Part shown: piece after piece, positions 36,326 through 64,000 of the stretch | Numbering within the stretch: position 1 is the stretch's first letter | Layout of the letters: each line of letters starts with the position of its first letter | NCBI RefSeq assembly: GCF_006345805.1 | Contig: NC_043020.1 | Coordinates: 14,446,001-14,510,000, forward strand | Direction of reading: 5' to 3' | Length of the DNA: 64,000 bases | DNA from: Octopus sinensis | Taxonomy: Eukaryota | Notes under the pieces: generated by a model | Databases searched by the model: none | Told to the model about the DNA's origin: nothing | What the model saw: only the letters and a program-made list of their open reading frames with translations | Position numbers and translations under genes: made by a program

Positions 36326-36881
36326 CTGTTTAACCAATTGACTCATAATAAAGGAGTGGAATTAAACCAGTATGTGTGTTATTATTGGTGTAATGATTCT
36401 CCTTAGACACAATGAAATTTGTTTCAACACACAAATTCACATTAAGAATCTTGCAAACCAAATACAAAAGCGAAATAGAAATGATATATTTAATCATTAT
36501 TTTGTTAACCGTTGATTACTTCCGCTCATATGTACATGTATTTCTATACATACCAAATCGAAGTTGTTTAACCCTCTGTTGGTGAGGTGGGATGTTAAAA
36601 CACCATTAATGCAGTTGTGTGTGATTTACCCTTACTCTTTTACTTGTTTCAGTCATTTGACTGAGGCCATGCTGGAGCACCGCCTTTAATCAAGCAACTT
36701 GACCCCGGGACTTATTCTTTGTAAGCCCAGTACTTATTCTATTGGTCTCTTTTTGCCGAACCGCTAAGTGATGGGGACATAAACACACCAGCATCGGTTG
36801 TCAAGCAATGCTATGGGGACAAACACATAGACATATACATATACACATATATACAGTCTAATGGCTGAAACAAGTAAAAGA

Positions 36882-37476
36882 TCATCATCATCATCGTTTA
36901 ACGTCCGTTCTCCATGCTAGCATGGGTTGGACGGTTCAACTGGGGTCTGGGAAGCCAAGAGGCTGCACCAGGCCCAGTCTGATCCGGCAGTGTTTCTACA
37001 GCTGGATGCCCTTCCTAATGCCAACCACTCCATGAGTGTAGTGGGTGCTTTTTACGTGCCACCTGCACAGGTGCCAGGCGAGGCTGGCAACGGCCACGAT
37101 CGGATTGGTGTATTTTACGTGCCACCGGCATGGAAGCCAGTCGAGGCAGCACTGGCATCAGCCACGAGTCGGATAGTGCTTTTTACGTACCACCAGACCA
37201 GGGGTCCTGGCTGGTTCAATTCGATTTCAATTTCGCTTGCCCCAACATGTCTTCGCAAGCAAAGGGGGTTGGCATGGATGCCTGTCGTCGGATGAGGTTC
37301 TATATCGACTTCGCTTGCCTCAACAGGTCTTTGTGTCCAAGGGAGGAAAGGCATGCATAAGTGGGCTGGGCTCACTTGTCCTGCCTGGTCTTCTCACGTA
37401 CAGCATATTTCCAAAGGTCTCGGTCGCTGGTCATTTCCTCAGTGAGGCCTAAAGTTCGAAGGTCGTGCTTCACCAC
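36882..37476 (-). mobile_element. 5'-truncated RTE LINE (ORF2 end, modular 3' UTR, GAT tail)
   Basis: 37476-37372 reads VVKHDLRTLGLTEEMTSDRDLWKYAVREKTRQDK*, contiguous with the family-B repeat. Confidence 0.8.
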
Positions 37477-37726
37477 AAAAGAGAATATTTGCTACATCAA
37501 TAACACAAACTCACTATAACAAATAACAACTGGATATGATTTTGAGAATGTTTTACTTTAAAAAAATGTAAGTGCAGATTAGCTTTGACATGATGGAACA
37601 TAGCTAGGAACATCTCTGATAAGAAAGGGAAGCAAAGACGTTCAGAAAACTTTCTAACAGAGAGAGAGATTAGATGTTCAGATGTATCACCAGATACATC
37701 AAATATTCCAGGTGATGGGAAGAGCT

Positions 37727-63758
<26,032 letters not shown>

Positions 63759-64000
63759 CTACACAGCGAAAGCAATATATATATATAAAATTTACATATA
63801 TACATGTTATATACAGTTACATAATTTCAACCTATATACACCAATATTATATTATTGTATACTGTTTAAATATATACATCAGTGGTATATGATTTCCCTC
63901 TGCTCCATCTAAATATACACAATATTGTAGATACTATTTCTACACCATCTATCTTTATATATGTGAAGTCATTCACTTGTGAATTTCATCACACACAACA

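Overview
Eukaryotic, AT-rich, repeat-dense genomic DNA. The repeat families and protein similarity point to an octopod cephalopod (inference). Two long multi-exon genes converge tail-to-tail, and both have their 5' ends outside the window. On the + strand, 16 exons (3517-33714) encode a FIRRM/C1orf112 homolog. On the - strand, 19 phase-consistent exons (63758-37727, 797 codons plus stop) encode the elongation factor Spt5 (SUPT5H). The introns are filled with tRNA-derived SINEs, 5'-truncated RTE, CR1, R4/Dong-like and HERO-like LINE pieces, piggyBac/hAT/mariner MITEs, non-autonomous Helitrons and microsatellites. Main leads: (1) a 355-nt tandem repeat in an Spt5 intron carrying a complete type I hammerhead-ribozyme fold with a compensatory U3-A8 core (candidate retrozyme), plus related hammerhead remnants; (2) an in-frame UAG at the best in-phase donor of a FIRRM exon, which A-to-I editing could repair; (3) a U12-type minor intron in Spt5; (4) long inverted repeats in Spt5 introns. 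All calls were made by eye. Exon borders were checked by hand for GT/AG and phase; repeat boundaries are approximate unless a TSD is quoted.
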